From positions 1-25,997 of IMG/VR virus record IMGVR_UViG_3300045988_065179: a stretch of DNA of 25,997 bases, one strand, 5' to 3'. Every line of letters begins with the position of its first letter. Position 1 is the first letter of the stretch. Position numbers and translations under genes: made by a program. Source of the DNA: a virus. Under the pieces are notes generated by a model. It did no database searches. It saw only the letters and a program-made list of their open reading frames with translations, and was not told where the DNA came from. Positions 1 to 8,540 of the stretch are shown one piece after another.

Positions 1-2
1 TA

Positions 3-203
3 GTTTTAATGTGTATAGCTGGAATTAGAGGATATAAAGCTTATAACGAGTATCAAACTAAAACATTTGAATTAAGATTAGAAAGAGCAGAATTAAAACA
101 TAAATTAGATTCAGTAATGTGGATTAATCCAGCAAGTGAAGAAGTATCTAATTTATATGAAGAATATTGTGATTTAACACTTAAAATTAATAATATAAAA
201 TAA
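3..203 (+). CDS. hypothetical protein, probably 5'-partial (frame open to the window edge)
   Basis: The frame is open from nt 3, the first ATG is at 9, and TAA is at 201-203. The stop overlaps the next start (TAATG). No family was recognised. Confidence 0.4.
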   Translation, partial: VLMCIAGIRGYKAYNEYQTKTFELRLERAELKHKLDSVMWINPASEEVSNLYEEYCDLTLKINNIK

Positions 204-640
204 TGAAAACAGATATAAGAAGCTTAGTCTTTACAAAGAATCTATTTAAAGAGAAATTTAATATAGACATAGAATGATGTAAAGACGATTACTCCAGATA
301 TGATGGAACATTTAATTGGAATGGAATTGATTATATAATTGAAGTTAAAAGGAGAAGATTTAATTCTAATAAATATCCAACCACTATTATTAATAGGGAT
401 AAATTTGATATGCTATCAAGAAATAATTCTATATTAGTAATAATATTTGATGATGGAGTATATATATTTAAAGATATAAAACAAGCCTTTATAAAGGATT
501 CTATGAAATATGGTTGTTCTACAACAGATTTTGGAGGAACTTATGGCTATTCATTAAAAACAGAGTTGTCTTTAAAGAAAGCCATTAAGATAGATGTAAA
601 TACAGAATTTAGTAATTATATAGCAAATGATAGCCTATAA
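203..640 (+). CDS. putative PD-(D/E)xK-fold nuclease-like protein (145 aa under code 4)
   Basis: ATG is at 203. One in-frame TGA (275-277) joins this start to the 410..640 track ORF in the same frame. The sequence 'YDG...DYIIEVKRR' resembles a D...ExK nuclease core. The stop is TAA. Confidence 0.5.
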
Positions 641-1121
641 AAGAATACTTAATTTTGAAAACTACCAAATTGGAACTGATGGCTCAATATGAAGTTTAAG
701 AGCATCAGTTCCAAAGAGGTTAAAACCTCAAGTAAAAACTAATGGGTACTTTACAGTAACATTATATAATAAAAATTTGAAAAAGAAGTGTTATATACAT
801 AGATTAGTAGCTGAAACTTTTATATCTAATCCGAATAACTATCCTTGTATAAATCATAAGGATGAAAATAAATCAAATAATAATGTAAGTAATTTAGAAT
901 GGTGTACTTATAATTATAATAATAATTATGGAACTCATAATCTGCGAGCTGGATATAGTCATAAGAAACCAATACTACAATTACTAAATGGAATAGTTAT
1001 TAAAAGATGGGATTCAGCAATAGATGCTGAGAGAGAACTAAATATACAATCTAGAAATATTGTAAAGGTTCTTAAAGGGCAGCGAAAAACAGCAGGAGGA
1101 TATATGTGAACATATGAGTAA
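627..1121 (+). CDS. free-standing HNH homing endonuclease (copy 1)
   Basis: The ATG at 627 overlaps the upstream gene. The N-terminus 'NFENYQIGTDGSIWSL' resembles NUMOD4, and 'HRLVAETF...INHKDENKSNNNVSNLEWCT' is an HNH core. In-frame TGAs lie at 690 and 1107. The C-terminus is 'GGYMWTYE' and the stop is TAA at 1119-1121. Confidence 0.85.
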
Positions 1122-1422
1122 TAACGAAATTGTAGAAAAGTACTATCCATTTATTATGGAACTTAAGCAAAAATTTGGTGCAGATGATGACTGTGTTCAA
1201 ATGATTTTTGTAGAAATACTAGAGTATTCAAATCCAAAATTAAATCAGCTTGATAGCAAAAATGAATTGAAATTTTGGATTACAAGATTATTTAAGAATT
1301 ATTGGTTTAGTAAAACAAGTAGATATTACTATACCTATAAGAAATATTATGAGATTGTTAAAGAACCACTTGAACAACAAAATGACGAATTGGAGGATTG
1401 ATTAAATGAAACGGAAGATTAA
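1114..1422 (+). CDS. ECF-type sigma factor, region-2-like half
   Basis: 'VEKYYPFIMELKQKFG..DDCVQMIFVEILEY' and 'KFWITRLFKNYWFSKTSR' resemble sigma-70 regions 2.1-2.4. The in-frame TGA at 1399 extends the ORF to TAA at 1420-1422. Confidence 0.5.
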
Positions 1423-1660
1423 TATTGACGATTTACTTACTGAGTATGAAATAGACTATAGTATGTTTACAAATACGGATGATAGACTATTAAGTATATA
1501 TCCAAAATGACTTGAGCTTAATAAGGCAGATAAGACAGTAATCATATTATATGCTGAATATCACAGTTATAGAGAAGTGGGAAGAATATTAGGAATTAGT
1601 CATACTACCATAGCAAGGTGTATAAGTAATATTAGAAATAAAATATGTGGAAGGATATAG
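1406..1660 (+). CDS. sigma-70 region-4-like HTH protein (second half of a split sigma factor)
   Basis: 'LNKADKTVIILYAEYHSYREVGRILGISHTTIARCISNIRNKI' is a typical region-4 helix-turn-helix. A TAA lies immediately upstream in this frame, so the ORF must start at 1406. GGAGG lies 9 nt upstream of the start. One in-frame TGA is at 1508, and the stop is TAG at 1658-1660. Confidence 0.55.
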
Positions 1661-2130
1661 CTAATTATGAAGGTCTTTATAAAGTAAATAATATCGGAGA
1701 AGTTTATAGTATAAGGACAAATAAATTTATTAAACCTACTATTAGAAATAACTACTTAGCAGTAGGACTATGAAAAAATGGAAAAGTTAAAATGAAGTCT
1801 ATACATAGATTAGTAGCTGAAACATTTATACCAAATATATATAATTTACCAGAAGTAAATCATATTAATGAAGATAAGACTGACAATAGAGTCGAAAATC
1901 TAGAATGATGTACTAGGAAATATAATACAAATTATGGAACTAGAAATAAAAAGATTTCTTCTTACCTTTCAAAACCTGTAGCTCAATATGATCTTAACGG
2001 AACTCTAGTTAAAAAGTATAATTCTATTAAAGAAGCTGCGAAAGCTTTAGGTAAGTGTGATTATTCAATTCGAGCTTGTTTATATGGCAAATATAAAACA
2101 GGTTATAATTATGTATGAAGATTATGTTAG
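1645..2130 (+). CDS. free-standing HNH homing endonuclease (copy 2)
   Basis: The protein reads 'MWKDIANYEGLYKVNNIGEVYSI...HRLVAETFIPN...VNHINEDKTDNRVENLE[TGA]CT'. In-frame TGAs lie at 1771, 1906 and 2116. It overlaps both neighbouring genes by 16 nt. The stop is TAG. Confidence 0.85.
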
Positions 2131-2453
2131 AATTATTTATAATAGCAGTAATAATAGTCTTTATAATTGATTTATCTGGGGCTTTGGATAGTTTTAAACA
2201 CAGTATTTGAAAAAGACTATTTAAAGGTATACCTTATAAAGAAGATTGAAGACTAAAACCTTTAGATTGCAGTTTATGTATGACTTGGTGAATTGGATTA
2301 ATATATATTCTTATTACAAGTCAATTTTCAATTTTAATGGTTGGGTATATTGCACTATTAGCATTTATGACTCCAATTATTAAAGATATTATGATATTAT
2401 TAAAAGATGCATCTACTAAGCTGATAGATGTTATATACAAACTTATTAATTAA
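2115..2453 (+). CDS. small integral membrane protein with a CxxC motif (112 aa)
   Basis: The protein has two or three hydrophobic helices and the sequence 'KPLDCSLCMTWWIGLIYIL'. Three in-frame TGAs lie at 2208, 2247 and 2289. The WW pair is encoded as TGG followed by TGA. The standard-code track misses this gene entirely. Confidence 0.55.
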
Positions 2454-2542
2454 AAATTATATTTTATGGAAACAGAAGTTATTTATCACTACAAGAATGG
2501 AAAGTTAATTTCTATATTTACTTATACTAAAAAGCGCTAATT

Positions 2543-2878
2543 ATGAAACAATTAACAGAAGAGCAGTTTAAATATTTAAGAGGATTTGAAGATAGATTTG
2601 TAACTGCAACTAAGTCTAATTATTGCAGAAATGTACAAAAGCAGGATGTAATTAAGCTTAAAGAGATTTATGAATATTTAATTGAACAAGAATATAGAAT
2701 GAGCGTAGCTTGTGCTACTTGTATACTTAATCTTATAAAGAGGATTGCCCCAATCTATTTTGAATATCAAGAAAAACTAAAGGAAAATGAAAGTAAAGAA
2801 TCAGGAACTGCCGAAGAAAATAGGGAGACCGAAAAAGGAAGAAGTAAAAGAGGATCAAATAGACGAACAAAAAACTAA
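2543..2878 (+). CDS. hypothetical protein
   Basis: This is an intact 111-aa ORF with a low-complexity basic/acidic tail. Its last 92 nt overlap the next gene. Confidence 0.45.
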   Translation: MKQLTEEQFKYLRGFEDRFVTATKSNYCRNVQKQDVIKLKEIYEYLIEQEYRMSVACATCILNLIKRIAPIYFEYQEKLKENESKESGTAEENRETEKGRSKRGSNRRTKN

Positions 2879-3239
2879 ATATCTTTATGCAGCAAGATTA
2901 TTTAATAAAGGGTGGTCCAGAAATAAAGTAAGTGAGGAACTTCAAACTAAATATGGAGTTGGGCAAACTACTGCTGCTAAATATATTAGAGAAGCTTATA
3001 AGATTATTGCAGATAAAAATGATAATCTTATAAAGAATTTAAGACATATACAATTAACAAGATTGGAAACATTGTTGGATATTGCTATTAGTAAAAATGA
3101 TGTAAGATCTGCTACTGAGGTTATTAAAACAATAAATTCTATGTTTGGATTAAATCAACCAGAAATTCAAGTTAATATTCAAAATAATGAATGCCAATTT
3201 AAATTTGGAGATCCTATTATAAATGACAAGGATATATAA
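2787..3239 (+). CDS. terminase small subunit-like DNA-binding protein
   Basis: It lies directly upstream of terL and overlaps it. The N-terminus carries an AT-hook-like 'KKIGRPKK', followed by an HTH-like 'GWSRNKVSEELQTKYGVGQTTAAKYIREA'. Confidence 0.5.
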   Translation: MKVKNQELPKKIGRPKKEEVKEDQIDEQKTKYLYAARLFNKGWSRNKVSEELQTKYGVGQTTAAKYIREAYKIIADKNDNLIKNLRHIQLTRLETLLDIAISKNDVRSATEVIKTINSMFGLNQPEIQVNIQNNECQFKFGDPIINDKDI

Positions 3240-4470
3240 AGGATATAGGCCATTTATGTACCAATATAAGGTTCATATAGCTATGGCAGATGCTTATAGA
3301 TCTGGAAGGATATTTACAATTAAAGCTAAACGACAAGTAGGTAAATCTTTCTTAGCTGAAAATGAATTATTACGATTTGCAATTAACTATCCAAAAACAG
3401 TCAATTGTATAGTAGAACCTACTCTTGGGCAATCAAGAAAAGTGTTTAAAGAAATAGTTAATGCTATAGCTGAAGCAGATATTCTTAAACGTAAGAATGA
3501 AACTTTGCTTGAATTAGAGTTTAATAATGGCAGTTCTATATTATTTAGATCTGGAGAACAAATGGATTCGTTACGAGGATTCTCTGTAAGTGGATTACTT
3601 GTATTAGATGAGGCTGCTTACTTAAAAGATGAAGTATTTGAAATTATTAAACCTACTACTGATGTGTGGTCTGCTCCAATATTAATTATTAGTACTCCAA
3701 GGTTCCGAGAGGGTTTCTTTTATGACTGCTTTACTAAAGGGTTAGATCCGAAATATGACAAGTTCTATAAATCATTTGATTGAGCTTTAGAAGATACATC
3801 TATGCTTTTAGATAAAGAGAAGTTAGAGATGTATCGACTTACAACCTCAAAAAATAAATTTAGAACCGAATACTTAGGGGAATTTGCAGACGATGATGGA
3901 TGTTTATTTAATAATATAGCTAATTGCATAATTGAGAAAAAACCAGATTATCAGAGTCTTTATATAGGAATAGACTGGGCTACTGGGAGTGGTAAAGACT
4001 ATACTTGTGTTACTGCTTTAAATGAATCTGGGCAAATGGTCTTTATAAAGTATTTTAACGACAAAACTCCAACAGAGCAAGTTGATTTATTAACAAATAT
4101 ACTAACTGAGTATCAAGGATTTATAAAGATTGTGCAAGTTGAACAAAACTCAATTGGTAGCGTCTTCTATGATATGTTAGTTCAGAAGAATCCGAAAATC
4201 AGGATTATACGATTCTTAACTACTAATAAGAGTAAGGCAGATATAGTTAATAAGCTTCAAGCTGCTTTGGAGAATGAAAAGATAGGATTATTAAAAGATG
4301 ATAAACTTTTAAATGAGTTAAGACTATATGAAGCTTCATATAATCCAAAAACTGGAAATATTAGTTATAATGCTCCATCTGGATTTAATGATGATACAGT
4401 AATTTCATTAATGCTAGCCTATGACTCATTAAATACAAACAAAGGACATTATAATATTAAATTTAAATAG
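3223..4470 (+). CDS. terL: terminase large subunit (415 aa under code 4)
   Basis: Recognisable motifs are Walker A 'KAKRQVGKS', Walker B 'LLVLDEAAY', 'IISTP', and the nuclease motifs 'IGIDWATGSGKDYT' and 'GFNDD'. The track ORFs 3223..3783 and 3802..4470 share a frame and are separated only by the TGA at 3781. Confidence 0.9.
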
Positions 4471-4471
4471 T

Positions 4472-5131
4472 ATGAATGTAGCAACTAAATGGGAAGAAGT
4501 ATCTTTAAAGAAATTCCAAGCTTTAAATGCATTTATTATGAGTAATGTAAAAATGACAGATTTAGATAGGAGTATCGAGATCTACTCATTACTTACAGAT
4601 AACCCAGATGAAGCAAGGGATGCTTTATTAAATATGACCGTAGATCAATTATCTGCAGAACTTAGTAAGATTCATTTTATTGTAAATAAATATAAATCCA
4701 AAGTTCCAGAAACTGAGTATGATATTGATGGTAATAAATATACAGTTCAATTAAATCTCAGAAATATGACTGCTGCTCAGTATATTGATTTTCAGAACTT
4801 TTATAAAGATTATGAAAAGAATCAGAAGTATATATTCTTATGCTTTTTAATTCCTAAAGGAAAGAAGTATAATGAGGGTTATGATGTAATGGAACTAGCA
4901 GAAGATTTATATGATAAGATTCCAATTACTATTGTTACTGATGTAATGGTTTTTTTTTGCAAATTATTAGAGAGCTTAACCATAGCTACCCTAATCTCTT
5001 CAATGCGGGAGATGAAGAAATTGATGAAAAAGGAGAAAGATCCAGTAAAGAAACATCAATTACGGAAGAGGATAGTTCAAGCGAGACAAACTCTGAATTT
5101 AGTCAAAAATGGAACTGGATTTGTTGAATAG
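4472..5131 (+). CDS. tail-assembly-chaperone-like protein, zero-frame (G-like) product
   Basis: This is a 219-aa ORF ending in TAG. It contains a U9 run with a correctly phased slippery heptamer and an open -1 frame downstream. The functional call rests on that architecture, so it is an inference. Confidence 0.5.
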   Translation: MNVATKWEEVSLKKFQALNAFIMSNVKMTDLDRSIEIYSLLTDNPDEARDALLNMTVDQLSAELSKIHFIVNKYKSKVPETEYDIDGNKYTVQLNLRNMTAAQYIDFQNFYKDYEKNQKYIFLCFLIPKGKKYNEGYDVMELAEDLYDKIPITIVTDVMVFFCKLLESLTIATLISSMREMKKLMKKEKDPVKKHQLRKRIVQARQTLNLVKNGTGFVE

Positions 5132-5274
5132 ACAGAGTTAGTGAAGTAACAAGGTTAAACTGGCATCAAGTATATGATATGCAGATTCAAGAGTTTTTGA
5201 ATATTATTTGCTACTTACTTGATAAAGGGAAAGAAGAAAAAAGACAAATAGATCTTTGAAAAGCTAAACACTAA
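4472..5274 (+). CDS. putative -1 frameshift (GT-like) fusion product, about 267 aa
   Basis: After slippage at 4951-4957, the -1 frame stays open from 4948 to TAA at 5272-5274 under code 4 (TGAs at 5125 and 5257). It encodes '...FSQKWNWICWIDRVSEVTRLNWHQVYDMQIQEFLNIICYLLDKG...'. Confidence 0.4.
4951..4957 (+). promoter_or_regulatory. U_UUU_UUU -1 slippery heptamer within a T9 run (4950-4958)
   Basis: The zero-frame codons are GTT TTT TTT TGC, so the heptamer has the canonical X_XXY_YYZ phase. Confidence 0.5.
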
Positions 5275-5309
5275 AATGTCAGTTTTTATTTATTTTAACT
5301 ACTAAAAGT

Positions 5310-5325
5310 GAGTAAAAACTTGACA
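5310..5325 (+). promoter_or_regulatory. conserved intergenic motif GAGTAAAAACTTGACA, copy 1
   Basis: This 16-mer is identical to those at 14334 and 23171. It contains TTGACA and lies 70 nt upstream of the ATG at 5396. Confidence 0.5.
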
Positions 5326-5328
5326 CTT

Positions 5329-5353
5329 AAATAGGGAGTAAATCTCCCTATTT
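5329..5353 (+). terminator. perfect 10-bp hairpin (AAATAGGGAG / CTCCCTATTT, 5-nt loop) next to motif copy 1
   Basis: I read the inverted repeat directly from the sequence, and GTGTTT follows it. It could be a terminator or a promoter-embedded palindrome. Confidence 0.4.
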
Positions 5354-5395
5354 GTGTTTAGATACTCAATATGAGAATGATATATTTTAGTAAAA

Positions 5396-5875
5396 ATGGC
5401 AAATCAAGTTTTGGATTTTCCCAATTTAGAAGCTGTCTTAAAACAATATGGAGAACAATTACTTTCTATATATAGGCAGAAATTACTACAAACTGGTTCA
5501 GATGATACGGGAACTCTTGGTAATACACTTAATTATATAGTTGAAGATCAAGATGAAGTATATGAAGTTAGTTTGCAAATACAAGATTATTGGAAGTATG
5601 TTGAGGATGGCAGAAATGCAGGAAAGTTTCCTCCTATCAGTGATATAAAAAGGTGAATACAAACTAAGCCTGTATTACCTCGTCCATATAATGGATTACT
5701 TCCAACTATTGATCAATTAGCATATTTAATAGCAAGAAAGATTTCCAAAAGAGGAATTGAAGGCAAACATATATTAGAGGAATCATTAACTGAATTAGAT
5801 GCTTATATGTTATTAGATGATGCAATTACAAAAGATTTAGAAACACAAGTTGATAATGTATTTAAAAACTTTTAA
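5396..5875 (+). CDS. virion morphogenesis/neck protein (possibly HK97 gp10-like)
   Basis: The 5396..5656 ORF continues through the TGA at 5654 to TAA at 5873-5875. 'YWKYVEDGRNAGKFPP' is weakly reminiscent of the gp10 family. Confidence 0.55.
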
Positions 5876-5877
5876 AA

Positions 5878-8058
5878 ATGGCATTTATACCAAGTAAATT
5901 AGGAATATATAATGCATCAAGGAGTTTTCCTGTTAAATGGAATAATCCTGGATGGGGAATTACTGGAGAATATGATTATTGGACTTGGGGAGATGATTAT
6001 ACTGAAGAAGGGCCTTTAGAGGTAACTATACAAGATCCAAGTAAAGAAGGATGTACAATACAATTTTTATCTCCTACAACAATAACTACTGATTCTTCTA
6101 CTGTATTTCATTTTTATCCTAGAGGCATTACTACTGCTTTATTAGAGGAAGATTTACCAATTAATTTACATAGTAAAGCTCCTGGATATTATCCTGCTAA
6201 TGGCACCATTAAAGTACCAAATACTGGTGGAGAATATACAGTAGAGTATATATTAAATAGATCAGATATTATTAAATGAAATGCAGCAGTTGTTAATGCT
6301 ACAGCTTTAGTTAATATGGAAGTTCTGGATTGGGATTCTTGCTCTATTAAGTTTAAATTCACAGTAAGAGCTAATACTCAATGGAATACAGATTTAACTG
6401 GAACTATCCAATTAGGAGCTTATTATGATACTAATAAATTTATTAGTTATAGTTATGGCTTTAAGATTGAAAAGAGTAATACTCCTGAAGATTTAAAGCT
6501 AGTAGTAACTCCTTCATCTGGAACTTATGGAGCATCTGCTTTTGTTACTGAAGAATTCCATTTAAGTACAACTAAAGCAGAAGAAACAATTACTTCATTT
6601 AATGTTACCTGCCCTCAAGCTAGTAATATTAAAAAGGATATTGTTGATAACTATTTTGTATTAACTGTTCCAGAGAATAAAACTACTAATAATTTGGAGT
6701 TTAGTGCAATGGTTACTGCAACAACTTCTGGAGGTTATACCCTTGAAGCTACAGTTCCAATTAAACAAGCTGCAACGTCTTTAGTGATTCCTAATACTAA
6801 TTATGAAGTAAGTTGAACTGCATCTACATTAAATATAATTGGTACAGGCTCAAACAACTTAGATGATGTTGTATTTAGCATTCCTGTAGGTTGGATTAGT
6901 GGTCAGAAGATAACTGTGAATCCTCAAGGTGTAGCAACTATTAGTTTGAACATTGCAGAAAATTCAGGATTATCTTCCAGAAAAGCAACTATTGGAGTAT
7001 CTGTTATAAAGAATAGTTCAAGTATTATTAATTTATCTATTAATATTACACAATCTGTTAAATCTGATATATCTCCTATTTGGAAAGATTATGTTTGGAA
7101 TGAGATAATCAGTTCAGATTTTATTGAATATCATCTAGATTATGCAGGAGATATGGTTTATGCTGGCAAGGCTTATAAATATCCAGAAACTGATAGAGTA
7201 GAGTTTCTATTAAATAATGTAGCTGAGAATTATCTATCTAATGGTATTATATTTAATACTTCTAAAACTATAATATCTCCAGAATATTTGAAACCATTTA
7301 CTTTGATAACATCTAGTGGAAATGAAAAACCAATTACTTTCTTCAATGACTGGAGTTATAAAGATAGAGATCTAACTAAAGGCACTATGTTAAGTGATCC
7401 TATTACTGGTTTAGTTGATCCAAGGCAGTATTTAGTATCAAGTTGAATTCTACCAACTGGAACTGGAGTTATTAATAGATTCTTTTATATAGATGGAGTA
7501 CAATCTGCTATGGATATTAGTTTAAATTCTGGAATTAATGGATATACATATACAGAAGATTTAAGTAATAAATTATGGTCTTGTGGAAGCTATTTAATAG
7601 TAGGATTTGTAGAAGGTGGAAATATTAGTGATAGACAGATTAGATATGATATAGATACTACAGGTAAAGATTATGTGTTGTATTATACTAATTCAGCAGG
7701 TGGATGAGATTCATTACTTGTTGAGGGTAATGTTAAAAAGAATGATGAGATTAAATCTGAAACATATACTCGTAAGGTATTAAATACATCACAAGAGTTT
7801 GCAAGAAATAAGTATTTGAATACTATAACTTCAAGCTGGGTTCTTTATACTGGTTATTTAAATGATATTCAAGCTTCTAAGATGTTTAATCTAATTGAGA
7901 GTACTAAAGTATATTTGCATAATCTTAAAGATAATACTATCACTCCAGTATTGATTACTGATACAAATTGCGAATATAAAACTTATACTAATCAAGGTAA
8001 AAACAAGTTCTATTATACAATTAATGTGGAAGCTTCTCAAGATACTTATCGTAAATAA
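5878..8058 (+). CDS. large tail structural protein (726 aa) with Ig/BACON-like repeats
   Basis: Five track ORFs (5878, 6316, 6916, 7510 and 7816) share one frame. They are joined by single TGAs at 6277, 6814, 7444 and 7705, and I checked every gap codon by codon. One BACON-like segment reads 'VNPQGVATISLNIAENSGLSSRKATIGVSV'. Confidence 0.75.
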
Positions 8059-8060
8059 TT

Positions 8061-8540
8061 ATGGAAGTATATAAAGACATTAAAGGATATGAGGGACTTT
8101 ACCAGATAAGTAATACTGGTAGAGTCTTCTCTATAAAAAACAATAAAGAACTGAAGAGTGGATATACTCCAGCTGGATATACAAAAGTTCAATTGTGAAA
8201 GAATAAGTCTGGCAAGTGATTCAATATTCATAGATTAGTTGCAGAAGCGTTTATTCCAAACGTAGAAAACTTACCACAAGTAAATCATATAAATGAGATA
8301 AAGGAGGATAATAGGGTTGATAATTTAGAATGATGTACAGCTCAATATAATGTTACTTATGGAAATAGATTAAATAATAATAAAAAACCTGTAATACAGG
8401 AAAGCTTAGATGGCACTTTTATAAAGAGATGAAATTCAATTGCTGATACTAAAAAATATGGGTTTGTTCCCCAAAATATAGGACAGTGTTGTATTGGTAA
8501 TATTTCACAACATAAAGGATATATTTGAAAATATGCGTAA
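8061..8540 (+). CDS. free-standing HNH homing endonuclease (copy 3)
   Basis: The protein reads '[25 protein letters not shown]...[11 protein letters not shown]...[17 protein letters not shown][TGA]CT'. All five Trp codons are TGA (8196, 8217, 8331, 8430, 8526). The standard-code track does not detect this gene. The stop is TAA at 8538-8540. Confidence 0.85.

Noticed and set aside
2466-2540. A 24-aa ORF (METEVIYHYKNGKLISIFTYTKKR) filling the gap between the membrane protein gene and ORF 2543.
   Set aside because: It is too short to support from sequence alone. It fits the tight gene packing, but there is no independent evidence for it.
5330-5338. Resemblance of ATAGGGAG to the initiation region of a T7-type promoter (TATAGGGAGA).
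   Set aside because: Only 8 nt match, the upstream specificity region has no similarity, motif copy 4 lacks the match, and no single-subunit RNA polymerase gene is visible in the window.
8494-8532. The upstream start at 8494 for the 1119-aa gene, and likewise 18330 and 21848 for the small partner ORFs.
   Set aside because: Under code 4 these extensions lie inside the preceding genes. The internal ATGs at 8533, 18345 and 21875 give the short overlaps or abutting junctions seen elsewhere. For the two small ORFs, these starts also align their N-termini.
8059-8540. A group I intron or intein carrying the endonuclease genes.
   Set aside because: Each endonuclease gene lies between complete genes that have their own start and stop codons. 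No flanking gene is interrupted, and terL and the portal gene are short and contiguous.
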